DNA of 62,269 nt, the filler included. It is 5 parts of 5 records of this genome, joined end to end, with 100 filler letters (N's around TTAATTAATTAA, not from the genome) between each part and the next. Parts side by side here need not be neighbours in the genome. Positions count along the whole stretch, not along the records: positions 49,408 to 55,801 come from SRR2962707_4363; positions 55,902 to 62,269 come from SRR2962707_4380; 3 more parts are not named here. One strand, given 5' to 3'. The position numbers and the translations under genes are program-made. A model generated the notes under the pieces. It was not told where the DNA came from, did no database searches, and worked only from the letters and a program-made list of their open reading frames with translations. Positions 52,396-62,269 of this stretch are shown here, piece after piece; positions within the stretch are counted from its first letter, which is position 1; every line of letters starts with the position of its first letter.

Positions 52396-53244
52396 TCACG
52401 CGAAGATCAGCAACACGGTCAGCGCCGTGATTTCCCCCAAACCCGCCGCTGCACCGATCAGGTCCCCGGTCTGTCCACCCACCAGCCGTTTGCAGAGCAT
52501 CGTCCACCCCAGGACGAAAAGGGCAACGGCAAGAGCTGCAAAGGCGACCCCAACCGGGCTCGATGCCGGTGCCCCGATGACAAAGAGCAGCAGCAAAGCG
52601 AGCGCCGCCCCGATCCAGAAACGGGACGCGGGCAGCTTGCCCGCCGCGGCCGCGGCACCATCGGCGCGGGCAGGGGGCAGGGCGACGGCCACCCACAAAG
52701 CCCCTGATCGCCCGGCGATATTGGCGGCCAGCCAAAGCGCGGCGGCTAGCGGATTGATCGTTGCCACACTGCCAATGGCCGTCACCCGCAAAACCAGAAA
52801 CAGGCACAACGCGGACACACCATAGGTGCCGTGCCGGCTGTCTTTGAGGATCTCGAGCCGCCGCTCGGGCGTCGATCCACCAAATAGCCCATCGGCGGCA
52901 TCGGCGAGCGAATCCTCCATCATGCCGCCACCGACCACCACCATGGCCGCGACCGACAAGGCCGCGGCAAAATATCCGGGCAGGCCCAACCACACCCCGG
53001 CGAGCAGCAATATCGGGCCAAGACCCATCACCACTGAAGCAAGCGGCAGGGCCATGGCAATACGGCCAAGGTCAGGCTTTTCATGCGGCGTGTCGCCCGT
53101 GGGCAGGCGCGAAAAGAAGCGCAGCGCCATCACCAGATCATCCTTGAGCCCCAAGCCGCCGCGAGCGGGTTGCGGCGCATAGTCGTCGCGGTTGGCAGTG
53201 TCGATCCGCCCCGCCTCATCGGTTTTGGCCCCGTTCTCGCTCAA
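52396..53244 (-). CDS. cobS: Adenosylcobinamide-GDP ribazoletransferase (cobalamin synthase)
   Basis: FFSRLP, EDSLADAADG..GG...LEILKDSRHGTYG, GGQTGD. Confidence 0.92.
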   Translation of the reverse strand: MSENGAKTDEAGRIDTANRDDYAPQPARGGLGLKDDLVMALRFFSRLPTGDTPHEKPDLGRIAMALPLASVVMGLGPILLLAGVWLGLPGYFAAALSVAAMVVVGGGMMEDSLADAADGLFGGSTPERRLEILKDSRHGTYGVSALCLFLVLRVTAIGSVATINPLAAALWLAANIAGRSGALWVAVALPPARADGAAAAAGKLPASRFWIGAALALLLLFVIGAPASSPVGVAFAALAVALFVLGWTMLCKRLVGGQTGDLIGAAAGLGEITALTVLLIFA

Positions 53245-53309
53245 TTGCTTTTCGCTCCGTTATGGGCAACAAGACGCGCGCCTTACTACCATATCGCGCC
53301 GGACCTGCC

Positions 53310-54329
53310 ATGCCACTCAACCCCGCCTTTGCTGACATTGTCGAACTGCTCGTGGCTGTGCCCGATGGCGACGAACAAGCCGTGGCCGCTGTCCGGCAAC
53401 GCGACGCCCAATTGACCAAGCCGCCTGGTTCGCTGGGCCAGCTTGAAGGGCTGGTGGAATTTCTGGCGCGCTGGCAGCACCGCTCCAAGCCGCGCCTCGA
53501 CAATCCCATGGTCACCATATTCGCCGGCAATCACGGCGTGACCGACCAGGGCGTTTCCGCTTTCCCGCGCGAAGTCACAGCCCAGATGGTCGCCAATTTC
53601 ACCAATGGCGGCGCCGCCATCTCGCAGATCTGCGGCCTGCACGAAATCAATCTGCGCGTCTTCGAACTGGCGCTGGAACTGCCAACCGGCGACATCACAA
53701 AAGAGCCTGCGCTGGACGACCAGATGTGCGCAGCTACCATCGCCTATGGCATGGAAGCGGTTGCCGGCAAGCCGGACCTGATCTGCCTGGGCGAAATGGG
53801 CATCGGCAATACCACGATCGCGGCGGCCCTTTATGCGGCGCTCTATGGTGGCAATGGCGCAGACTGGGTTGGTCGCGGCACCGGCATTGACGATGAAGGC
53901 CTCAAGCGCAAGGCCGATGTTGTTGACCGCGCGCTGGCGCTGCACAGGGCCGAGCTCGACCACCCACTGGCCATACTGGCCCGCCTCGGTGGCCGCGAAA
54001 TTTGCGCCATGCTCGGCGCCCTGGTGGCCGCGCGGCACCAGAAAGTGCCAGTCATCATCGATGGTTATGTCGCCACCACGGCCGCAGCCATCGCTCACGC
54101 CGTCAATCCGGCCGCCATCAACCACTGCCTGTTTGCCCATGTCTCTGCCGAGGGGGCACATGCGCAGGTGCTCTCGAAGATGGGGCAGTCCGGCCTTCTC
54201 GATCTCGGCATGCGCCTGGGCGAGGGGAGCGGTGCCGCGCTTGCTGCGGTCATGGCCAAGACGGCCCTGCACCTGCACAACAACATGGCGACCTTTGAGG
54301 GCGCATCTGTCAGCGGCAGGTCTGCCTAG
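53310..54329 (+). CDS. cobT: Nicotinate-nucleotide-dimethylbenzimidazole phosphoribosyltransferase
   Basis: LTKPPGSLG, GNHGV, GEMGIGNTT, GGREI, MRLGEGSGA. Confidence 0.95.
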   Translation: MPLNPAFADIVELLVAVPDGDEQAVAAVRQRDAQLTKPPGSLGQLEGLVEFLARWQHRSKPRLDNPMVTIFAGNHGVTDQGVSAFPREVTAQMVANFTNGGAAISQICGLHEINLRVFELALELPTGDITKEPALDDQMCAATIAYGMEAVAGKPDLICLGEMGIGNTTIAAALYAALYGGNGADWVGRGTGIDDEGLKRKADVVDRALALHRAELDHPLAILARLGGREICAMLGALVAARHQKVPVIIDGYVATTAAAIAHAVNPAAINHCLFAHVSAEGAHAQVLSKMGQSGLLDLGMRLGEGSGAALAAVMAKTALHLHNNMATFEGASVSGRSA

Positions 54330-54344
54330 ATCAGCCAGAGCGCT

Positions 54345-55019
54345 TCAATCAAGCGATGATGCGCTCTGGTCGTCCCGCGACCGCCCCTCGAACCCGTTGG
54401 GGCCGGGTACCAGGTCGAGCAAATTGACATTCATCTGATTGTGGAAGCGCGCCACTGCGGCCGTGGCCAGCGCGTAGAGAGTCTCGAGGTCCTGCTGAGC
54501 CAGGGCAGTGTTGAGCGCGGCGTGCTCGACAAGGAAGTTGAGGATATAGCCCTCGGCCATTTCCTGGCGCTGCTGGTCGCTGAGCCTGAGAAAATTCGGA
54601 TCATTGGCAAAGGCCTGGCGCAATTGCCGCTGGACCGGGAGGCTGTCGACTTCGACCGCATAGGCGCCATTTGCCGCAACCCAGTTGAGCACCCAATAGG
54701 CGGTCAACGCGTCAGCCACATTGTTGGTCGCCAGTCCATCGGACGCAACCAGTTCCTGCCAGATCTCGTTCGGACTGCGCTCGGCAAACGCCTCCGCCAA
54801 ATCGTCCCGCACCTCGGCCCCGGCTGACCATCGAATACGTGAGAGAAACTCACGCTGCATCCGCGCCGATATGCTGGCAGAGTGCCGATAGCTGGTATCG
54901 AACTCTACTGCGTCCGCTTCTGCGGGGGGATTGTCAACCGCCAGCGGCAATTGCTGCGCATTGGCCCCTAGAGGCGTCGCCAGCAGCAAGAGAGCGGTCA
55001 GAAATGGGCGTATGAGCAT
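54345..55019 (-). CDS. Secreted hypothetical protein (DUF6683-like)
   Basis: Signal peptide; GLATNNVADALTAYW and LSDQQRQEMAE motifs; family assignment is from memory. Confidence 0.6.
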   Translation of the reverse strand: MLIRPFLTALLLLATPLGANAQQLPLAVDNPPAEADAVEFDTSYRHSASISARMQREFLSRIRWSAGAEVRDDLAEAFAERSPNEIWQELVASDGLATNNVADALTAYWVLNWVAANGAYAVEVDSLPVQRQLRQAFANDPNFLRLSDQQRQEMAEGYILNFLVEHAALNTALAQQDLETLYALATAAVARFHNQMNVNLLDLVPGPNGFEGRSRDDQSASSLD

Positions 55020-55092
55020 CGAGCCTCCAGACACGCGATCCTCAGTGTGATCGCGGCGAAATTTCGGCACGCAGCAATTGGCCGGGTAGTTT

Positions 55093-55801
55093 TCAGCCAG
55101 CTTCCGAGTAGATTTCCAGCCGATTGCGCTTTTCCACCACGGGCGCCAGCGCATCCATCACCCGGGCGCGCGGGAAGGTGGCGATCACCTCGGTGCCGAA
55201 ACGCAGCTTGGAAAACAGGTCGAACCGGCCCTGATGCAGGTCCATGATCTTCTGTACGATCGGCAGGCCCAGACCAGCGCCCTGTTCGGCGGTCTTCTGC
55301 GCCAGCGATCCCTGGCCGAACGAGGACAGGACCGTCGCGATTTCGCTCTCGGGAATGCCTGGACCGTTATCTTTCACCGAAATCAACTGCCCGCCATCCC
55401 CGCTGCGCTGCACCACGAGCACGATCTTGCCCTGCTGCGGGGTGAATTTGATCGCGTTGGAGAGCAGGTTCAGCACCACCTGCCGGATCGCGCGCTCATC
55501 CCCCCACAGTCGGGGCAGATTATCGCCCACGCTGAACACCAGCTCGATATTCTTGGACTTGGCGCGCAGCTCCATCATCCGGCGGCAGTCATCCGCAATG
55601 TCGACCAGCGACACGACCTCTTCATTGAGCTCATACTTGCCCGCCTCGATGCGGCTGAGATCGAGTAATTCGTTGATCAGGTTGAGCAGGTGTTGCCCGC
55701 TGGCGTGAATGTCACCCGCATATTCCTTGTATTGCAGCACCTGATGGGGGCCCAGCAATTCGGATTTGAGCACCTCGGAAAAGCCGATAATGGCGTTGAG
55801 C
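55093..55801 (-). CDS. Sensor histidine kinase (PleC/DivJ-like), 5' truncated
   Basis: LNAIIGFSE, LLDLSRIEAG, NLLSNAIKFT, DNGPGI, GAGLGL. Confidence 0.9.
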
Positions 55802-55901
55802 NNNNNNNNNNNNNNNNNNNNNNNNNNNNNNNNNNNNNNNNNNNNTTAATTAATTAANNNNNNNNNNNNNNNNNNNNNNNNNNNNNNNNNNNNNNNNNNN
55901 N
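55802..55901. other. Artificial contig linker
   Basis: N44-TTAATTAATTAA-N44. Confidence 0.98.
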
Positions 55902-55941
55902 CACCATCGGTGAAAATTGTCACTTTTGCCAACTCAGTCAC
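55902..55941 (-). CDS. rnhA: Ribonuclease HI, 5' fragment
   Basis: GTG start, reads MTELAKVTIFTDG; the ispH-thrB-rnhA order is usual in alphaproteobacteria. Confidence 0.75.
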
Positions 55942-56899
55942 CCAGTCCATATTCACGCGCATCGTCAATCAATCGGTGGAAGCGCATTTTGGCGACATAT
56001 TCTTCCGGATCTTTTTTGACAACGAGCGAGCCTTCAGGCGTTGAAACCCAATCATAAAGACGGGTCAGCATGAACCGAATGGCAGAGCCTGTGGCCAGCA
56101 GCGGCAGCGCCTTGCGCTCTTCGTCAGTAAATGGGCGCACGGCATTATAGGCGTCTAACAGTGCTTTGCCCTTTGTAATGTTAAACGCATGATCGCGCTC
56201 AAAGCACCATGCGTTAAGGCAGGTCGCAACATCATAGGCATAGGCATCGGTGCAAGCGAAATAATAGTCGATAATGCCCGAGAGTTCACCGCCAAGGAAA
56301 AACACGTTGTCAGGGAACATATCGGCGTGAATGACACCGCGCGGCAGATCGTCGGGCCACGTGCCCTCAAGAGCGCTTAGATTGGTCTCCACTTCTTGGC
56401 GAAAGCTTGGCTCCATATCTGGATTGGCTTCAATGCACTTTTCCCACAAGGGCCGCCAATCTTTCAGCGCAAGCGAGTTCTGGCGCTCCATTTTAAAGTC
56501 TGCGCCAGCCTCATGCATGCCAGCCAGCGCTTTACCCAGCTCCGCACATTGCTCAACGCTCGGCCTGCGCATCCACATGCCCTCAAGAAAGGTGATGATA
56601 GCAGCAGGCTTGCCAGCCAGTTCACCAAGTGTCTGACCGCTTTTCTGCGCCACGGGCAGCGGGCATTGAATACCTTTAGATGCCAGATGCTCCATCAAAT
56701 TGAGAAAGAACGGGAGATCGTCTGGGTTCACACGTTTTTCATAGAGCGTGAGAATATAATTGCCGCTGGTGCAATGGATCAGAAAATTTGAATTTTCTAT
56801 GCCTTCAGCAATGCCCTTATAGGAAAGCAATTCGCCCAAATCATAAAGCGCGATAAATGCTTGTAATTCAGGTTCTGTAATATCGGTATAGACGGCCAT
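55934..56899 (-). CDS. thrB: Homoserine kinase type II
   Basis: MAVYT, GIAEGIENSN, ILTLYEKR, IHADMFPDNV, IDYYFAC. Confidence 0.95.
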   Translation of the reverse strand: MAVYTDITEPELQAFIALYDLGELLSYKGIAEGIENSNFLIHCTSGNYILTLYEKRVNPDDLPFFLNLMEHLASKGIQCPLPVAQKSGQTLGELAGKPAAIITFLEGMWMRRPSVEQCAELGKALAGMHEAGADFKMERQNSLALKDWRPLWEKCIEANPDMEPSFRQEVETNLSALEGTWPDDLPRGVIHADMFPDNVFFLGGELSGIIDYYFACTDAYAYDVATCLNAWCFERDHAFNITKGKALLDAYNAVRPFTDEERKALPLLATGSAIRFMLTRLYDWVSTPEGSLVVKKDPEEYVAKMRFHRLIDDAREYGLGD

Positions 56900-57910
56900 T
56901 TAGCTGCGGGGTCCATTCAAGAATGCCATATCAGATGACAAGAGTTCAGTTTCGCGCAAATCACGCATAACGGGGAAGTTTTCGTTTTCTTCAGCCGTCA
57001 ATGCAATTTCAATCTTCACATCAAAATGGGCGCGAAAAGCATCGATAATCTCATCAACAACAATCTCTGGTGCAGAAGCACCCGCTGACATGCCAAGCGT
57101 TTTAATGTGCATGAGCTTATCAAAATCAAGTTCTGCAGCACGCTGCACCAGCAATGACTCAGCTGCGCCATGGCGCTTGGCAACTTCGACCAATCGCTTT
57201 GAATTCGATGAATTTGGCGCACCGACGATCAAGAATAAATCTGTGCCAGGCGCTGCCACTTTAACCGCCTCTTGGCGGTTGGTGGTCGCATAGCAAATGC
57301 TTTCCGAAGACGGCGCTGTCAGATGTTCAAAACGTGCTTCAAGCGCTGCAACAACATCAGCGGTATCATCCACTGACAGGGTCGTCTGCGTGACATAGCC
57401 GACATTCATCTCATCGGGCACGACGATATCGGCAACTTGATCGGGACGTTCAACAAGCGTTACATCGCCGGCCTCTAGCTGGCCCATTGTGCCAATGACT
57501 TCTGGATGGCCTGCATGGCCAATCAGCAGTACATGGCGGCCAAGGCGCTGATGGCGCATGGCTTGTTTATGAACCTTCGACACCAATGGACATGTTGCAT
57601 CCAGATAGAAGAAGTTACGCGCTTTTGCGTCTTCTGGCACCGATTGCGGCACGCCGTGAGCAGAAAACACCACCGGACGGTCAGCATGTTCGGCTGGAAT
57701 ATCGTCTAGCTCTTTGACAAAGACAGCGCCGCGATCACGCAAGCCGTCGACAACGAACTTATTATGCACGATCTCATGGCGCACATAGACGGGCGCGCCA
57801 TATTTTTTGAGCGCTAGCACGACGATTTGAATGGCGCGGTCAACGCCTGCGCAAAAGCCGCGCGGCGCGCAAAGGCTTATCGTAAGTGGTGGTTTGGTGT
57901 GCGTGTTCAT
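56900..57910 (-). CDS. ispH: 4-hydroxy-3-methylbut-2-enyl diphosphate reductase
   Basis: [44 protein letters not shown]. Confidence 0.96.
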   Translation of the reverse strand: MNTHTKPPLTISLCAPRGFCAGVDRAIQIVVLALKKYGAPVYVRHEIVHNKFVVDGLRDRGAVFVKELDDIPAEHADRPVVFSAHGVPQSVPEDAKARNFFYLDATCPLVSKVHKQAMRHQRLGRHVLLIGHAGHPEVIGTMGQLEAGDVTLVERPDQVADIVVPDEMNVGYVTQTTLSVDDTADVVAALEARFEHLTAPSSESICYATTNRQEAVKVAAPGTDLFLIVGAPNSSNSKRLVEVAKRHGAAESLLVQRAAELDFDKLMHIKTLGMSAGASAPEIVVDEIIDAFRAHFDVKIEIALTAEENENFPVMRDLRETELLSSDMAFLNGPRS

Positions 57911-57965
57911 AATCAATTATCTGCAACGTGGTTTGGGCGATGTAAAGGCATGACAACCTTATGCT

Positions 57966-58727
57966 CTATTCTTTGGGGCGAATTTTCTTCCAATTGCTGA
58001 ATATGTAAAATCCAAGGACACCCACCAAGGTCAGCGCCAACCCATACCAAGTGATGATATATTGCAAATGGTTGTTTGGCAGATCAATCAATGTGACGCC
58101 GCCGACCGGTAACTGCGATGGATTGGCTTTGTTATCTTCATCAATAAACAAATGTACAAAATCACCTTCCGGAAGCCCCGTCTGCGCGATCATCGCTTTA
58201 ATGTCTTTCCAGTAGTAAATGTTCTTTTCAACATCATTGTCTGGAACGACCCATCCGGCTTTCTTATCGGGTGCGGATCTCGCCAAGCCTGTGACATCCT
58301 GTGACAGCGATACAAGGCTCTCAGGGCGCGTTGCCTGCTCCTTCTTATCAAAGGGTACAAAACCTCGATTAACGAACACACGGCGATCGTCGAGCATTCT
58401 AAGCGGCGTATAGATGTAATAGCCGGACATGCCTTCAAAGGTCGCAAAGAAATGCGCCTCATATTGATGTTCAAAATAACCAACAGCTTCGACGGGAATA
58501 TATTCAAAGCTCTCGCCAGCTTTCTCCATGGCGATAACATCATCAAGCGGCAGCGGCGTATCGTTAACGCGTTCATTGATTGTTGCCAGCAGCGTTTCTT
58601 TTTCGGCTAAGCGGCGCACCTGCCAATTGCCCAGCGAAATTAAAATATAGAGCGCAACTGCGCCGAAGATAAGCGCGAGCCAAAGCCACTTAATGCGGTG
58701 ACGTTCGCTTTTGAGTATCTCGGTCAT
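57966..58727 (-). CDS. SURF1-family cytochrome oxidase biogenesis protein
   Basis: LGNWQVRR, VNRGFVP, NNHLQYIITWY. Confidence 0.92.
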   Translation of the reverse strand: MTEILKSERHRIKWLWLALIFGAVALYILISLGNWQVRRLAEKETLLATINERVNDTPLPLDDVIAMEKAGESFEYIPVEAVGYFEHQYEAHFFATFEGMSGYYIYTPLRMLDDRRVFVNRGFVPFDKKEQATRPESLVSLSQDVTGLARSAPDKKAGWVVPDNDVEKNIYYWKDIKAMIAQTGLPEGDFVHLFIDEDNKANPSQLPVGGVTLIDLPNNHLQYIITWYGLALTLVGVLGFYIFSNWKKIRPKE

Positions 58728-58763
58728 TGCGGCCTCATTAAAATTGAGAGGGGAGAAACGAAA

Positions 58764-58793
58764 ACGGGCGATCATGTTTCCATGACCGCCCGT
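58764..58793 (-). terminator. Hairpin/terminator after coxC
   Basis: ACGGGCGATCATG..CATGACCGCCCGT stem, T-rich downstream on the minus strand. Confidence 0.6.
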
Positions 58794-58812
58794 AGAAAAC
58801 TACTCTAGATTA

Positions 58813-59688
58813 TTACTGCGCGAGCGGCGCACCCCATGATCCCCAAATGTAGATCACGAAGAAGAGGAAGAGCCATACAACGTCAACGAAGTGCCAGTAC
58901 CAAGCAGCAGCTTCGAAACCGAAATGCTGTTTTGGTGTGAACTGACCAGCCATGGCACGCAGCAAGCACACCATCAGGAAGATCGTACCAATGATAACGT
59001 GGAAGCCGTGGAAGCCCGTTGCCATGAAGAATGTTGCGCCATAAAGCGATTCAGAGAACTGGTAAGGCGCGTGCGCATATTCAAATGCCTGTACGCTTGA
59101 GAACACCAAGCCGAGGAAGATGGTAAGCGCCAAGCCCCATTTCAGGCCGCTGCGGTCATTGTGAAGCAATGCATGGTGCGCCCAAGTGATTGTTGTGCCT
59201 GAAAGAAGAAGCAACAATGTGTTGTAAAGCGGCAAGTGAAGCGGATCGAGCACTTCCATGCCTGCAGGTGGCCACTGACCGCCAGTATAGGCAAGGCGCG
59301 CCACTTCTTTAGGATCGGCATAGAAAAGGCTCGCGTCGAACACAGCCCAGAACCAAGCCACGAAGAACATAACCTCAGAGGCGATGAACATGATCATGCC
59401 ATAGCGGAGGTGCATTGATACCACACGTGTGTGGTGGCCTTCGTTTGCTTCGCGTATGGTGTCTGACCACCAGCCAAACATCGTATAAAGCACAAGCGTA
59501 AGACCGATGAAGAATGTCCAAGGGTTGTTGAGCGGCAAGCCAAGCAATGAGAAATCATTGCCTTTGATTTGCTGCATCCAGCCCACACCGCCAATGGCCA
59601 TCACAAGCGCGCCAAGTGAACCAATAAATGGCCAAGGGCTTGGATCGATAATATGATAGTCGTGGTTTTTTGCGTGTGCGTCAGCCAT
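58813..59688 (-). CDS. coxC: Cytochrome c oxidase subunit III
   Basis: PSPWP, FIASEVMFF, TGFHGFHV, WYWHFVDVVW. Confidence 0.96.
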   Translation of the reverse strand: MADAHAKNHDYHIIDPSPWPFIGSLGALVMAIGGVGWMQQIKGNDFSLLGLPLNNPWTFFIGLTLVLYTMFGWWSDTIREANEGHHTRVVSMHLRYGMIMFIASEVMFFVAWFWAVFDASLFYADPKEVARLAYTGGQWPPAGMEVLDPLHLPLYNTLLLLLSGTTITWAHHALLHNDRSGLKWGLALTIFLGLVFSSVQAFEYAHAPYQFSESLYGATFFMATGFHGFHVIIGTIFLMVCLLRAMAGQFTPKQHFGFEAAAWYWHFVDVVWLFLFFVIYIWGSWGAPLAQ

Positions 59689-59693
59689 AAGGA

Positions 59694-60350
59694 TCACCCT
59701 CGGTTTCCGGCGACTTCTGATTTTTGGTCGCCAATTAGTGGTACTTGCGGAATTACATTTTCTGTAGGTGCTATTGCGCTAATATTAGCTGGCTCGTCAA
59801 CCTTATAAAAGGTGTAAGACAGCGTAATCGTTGTAATGTCTTTAGTTTCAACAGCTTCAGCAATATCAGGGTCGATGAAGAAAACGACCGGCATAATTGC
59901 CTTTTCGCCTGGCTGCAAAGTCTGTTCGGTAAAGCAGAAACATTCAATTTTGTTGAAATATGCGCCTGCTGCCTGCGGTGTGACGTTGAAAGTCGCGGTG
60001 CCTGTTGAAGCGACTTTGAGCGGATTTTCAGCTTCAAACTCGATCTGCTTGGTCTCGCCAATTTTAATCGTCACTTCACGCTGAACTGGTTTGAACTTCC
60101 AACCAAGCGCACTGTCGCCCATATTCGAATCAAAACGCACTTTAATCGTCTTATCGAGCACAGTCGCAGAGGCAAGTTCGGCTCGGCGCGTTGTGCCGCC
60201 ATAGCCGGTTACTTGGCAGAAAATTTTATACAGCGGCACAGATGCGTAGGCCATGCCAATCATGCCAGCAAAAAATGCCAAACAAGAAACGGCAATGAAC
60301 ACATTGCTTTTGTGTTTTGCTTTTTCCGGTTGATTGTTCAATTCAGCCAT
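59694..60350 (-). CDS. ctaG: Cytochrome c oxidase assembly protein CtaG/Cox11
   Basis: [30 protein letters not shown]. Confidence 0.95.
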   Translation of the reverse strand: MAELNNQPEKAKHKSNVFIAVSCLAFFAGMIGMAYASVPLYKIFCQVTGYGGTTRRAELASATVLDKTIKVRFDSNMGDSALGWKFKPVQREVTIKIGETKQIEFEAENPLKVASTGTATFNVTPQAAGAYFNKIECFCFTEQTLQPGEKAIMPVVFFIDPDIAEAVETKDITTITLSYTFYKVDEPANISAIAPTENVIPQVPLIGDQKSEVAGNRG

Positions 60351-60538
60351 CAGTAAAAGCCCTTATTTTCCATCACGGACGGACCAAATTTAATGATTGT
60401 CGCGATGTAGAATATGGCTACGAAGCCTGCGAGGCAAATCCCAATAGCGATATTGCGCGCTTTGCGGTTGCGCTTTTGCTTATCGCTCAGCTGCACCAAT
60501 TCCAGCGGTTCGTTCGTTTTTTGTCTAGCTTCAGCCAT
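60350..60538 (-). CDS. Small membrane protein of the cox operon (CoxF-like)
   Basis: [26 protein letters not shown], lying between ctaB and ctaG. Confidence 0.7.
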   Translation of the reverse strand: MAEARQKTNEPLELVQLSDKQKRNRKARNIAIGICLAGFVAIFYIATIIKFGPSVMENKGFY

Positions 60539-61491
60539 TACAACAGATCTCCAAGGGTCAAGGACAGACCGAAGATGCGAGAGCAAAGCGCTTCGGCCAG
60601 CAGAGTCGCGAAAATGGCAAAAAGGAAGAAAATTGAGAAACCAAACAGTGTTTTCTCAGCCGTTAAATTTTTGTCCGCCCCAGCATTGGCCCATACTTTA
60701 TAGGTCAACCAAAGGAACGCCGCGCTCAGCGCAGTAGCAATAACCCCATAGACAACGCCTGCAAAGCCCATCAGCGCGGGCAATATTGTCACAGGCAGAA
60801 GAATGAGCGCGTAAAATAGCATTTGATTGCGGGTAGTTTTTTCACCGGACACATTGGGCAGCATTGGCACACCGGCGCTGTCATAATCGCGCATTTTCCA
60901 AAGGGCTAATGCCCAGAAATGCGGCGGTGTCCAAAGGAAGATAATCGCAAATAAAACCACGCTATCAAGCGAAATAGAACCGCTCACGCCGGCCCAGCCG
61001 ATCATTGGAGGGAATGCACCTGCAGCACCGCCGATGACGATATTTTGAGGCGTCGAGCGTTTAAGCCATACGGTGTAAATTACCGCATAAAAGAAAATAG
61101 TGAACGCTAACAGACTTCCAGCCACCCAATTGACCAATAGGCCAAGGGTCATCACTGAAACACCAGAAAGAAACAGACCGAAGATCAGCGCTTCTTTGGG
61201 TTTCACACGGCCAGAAGGGATTGGACGATTTTGTGTGCGCGTCATCACGCCATCAATATCGGAATCAAACCACATATTTAGCGCACCCGATGCGCCAGCA
61301 CCAACGGCAATCGACAAGATCGCGATTAAGCCGATGAATGGATTGATTGAGCCTGGCGCGACAAGCATGCCGACCAATGCTGTAAACACAACCAGACGCA
61401 TGACCTTTGGCTTTAACAGCTCAAAATAGTCTGCAGGTGTCGCGTCGGACACATCCAAGTCGGCTTCAACAATGTTTTCAACAAGCGCCAT
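60538..61491 (-). CDS. ctaB: Protoheme IX farnesyltransferase
   Basis: [37 protein letters not shown]. Confidence 0.95.
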   Translation of the reverse strand: MALVENIVEADLDVSDATPADYFELLKPKVMRLVVFTALVGMLVAPGSINPFIGLIAILSIAVGAGASGALNMWFDSDIDGVMTRTQNRPIPSGRVKPKEALIFGLFLSGVSVMTLGLLVNWVAGSLLAFTIFFYAVIYTVWLKRSTPQNIVIGGAAGAFPPMIGWAGVSGSISLDSVVLFAIIFLWTPPHFWALALWKMRDYDSAGVPMLPNVSGEKTTRNQMLFYALILLPVTILPALMGFAGVVYGVIATALSAAFLWLTYKVWANAGADKNLTAEKTLFGFSIFFLFAIFATLLAEALCSRIFGLSLTLGDLL

Positions 61492-61578
61492 CGCGGCCAG
61501 TTCTGTGTTTGGTTGGTCTTTATTTTGGTACTGCCCGAACCATCAAATGATCCGGGCAGTGAACTTTCCAAATACCGG

Positions 61579-62269
61579 TTATTTAATGCGCGGTAGTTGT
61601 TCCCACTGGTGGAATGGCGGCGGAGAAGAAAGCTGCCATTCTAGGGTTGTTGCGCCCTCACCCCAAGGATTGTCACCAGCAACGCGTTTTTTCATAAACG
61701 CTTCTGCAACACCAAAGAGGAAGATCAACACACCGAACGCTGAAAGATATGAGCCGTAAGACGACACTTGGTTCCAGCCAGCAAAGGCGTCTGGATAGTC
61801 GATGTAACGGCGCGGCATACCTGAAAGACCCAAGAAGTGCTGCGGGAAGAACAATAGGTTCACACCAACAAATGTGACCCAGAAATGTAGACGGCCGATC
61901 CATGAAGCATACATGTAGCCAGTCATTTTAGGGAACCAGTAGTACCAAGCTGCGAAGATCGCGAACACAGCACCCAGTGACAACACGTAGTGGAAGTGCG
62001 CAACCACATAATAAGTGTCATGCAATGAACGGTCGAGACCAGCATTAGCAAGTTGAACACCGGTTACGCCGCCAACTGTGAACAAGAAGATGAAGCCCAC
62101 AGCCCAAAGCATTGGTGTGCGCATTTCAATTGAACCGCCCCACATTGTGGCAATCCATGAGAAGATTTTCACGCCTGTTGGCACCGCGATAACCATTGTT
62201 GCAAATACGAAGTAACGCTGTGTATCGAGTGATAGACCCACTGTGTACATGTGGTGTGCCCACACAACA
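61579..62269 (-). CDS. coxA: Cytochrome c oxidase subunit I, 3' part
   Basis: [33 protein letters not shown]. Confidence 0.96.
   Translation of the reverse strand, partial: VVWAHHMYTVGLSLDTQRYFVFATMVIAVPTGVKIFSWIATMWGGSIEMRTPMLWAVGFIFLFTVGGVTGVQLANAGLDRSLHDTYYVVAHFHYVLSLGAVFAIFAAWYYWFPKMTGYMYASWIGRLHFWVTFVGVNLLFFPQHFLGLSGMPRRYIDYPDAFAGWNQVSSYGSYLSAFGVLIFLFGVAEAFMKKRVAGDNPWGEGATTLEWQLSSPPPFHQWEQLPRIK

Overview
The window is five unrelated contigs joined by artificial 100-bp linkers (44 N + TTAATTAATTAA + 44 N), so synteny across linkers means nothing. (1) 1-21606: Rhizobiales-type chromosome with ABC ATPase, ghrA, NlpC/P60, MarR, an M17 peptidase, a complete Tad/Cpa (Flp) pilus locus and deoB-add-upp. 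(2) 21707-30125: an ~8.4-kb integrative element bounded by tRNA-Thr(CGT) 3'-end repeats. It carries two tyrosine recombinases, an AlpA/Xis-like gene, a triple-repeat protein, an hsdM relic, and an unusual array in which the 3' end of a GNAT gene occurs three times, each followed by a different envelope-protein gene. (3) 30226-49307: eukaryotic (probably protist) DNA with a 3-exon mitochondrial carrier gene and, on the minus strand, a 23-exon gene that I spliced by hand into a ~4,713-aa single-pass membrane protein (Cys-rich modules, NIDO, ~29 Calx-beta/cadherin-like repeats, a nested discoidin domain). (4) 49408-55801: alphaproteobacterial dusA end, membrane hydrolase, aspartic protease, cobS, cobT and a histidine kinase end. 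(5) 55902-62269: lower-GC alphaproteobacterial rnhA-thrB-ispH-SURF1-cox cluster. All calls come from motif recognition; no database searches were run.
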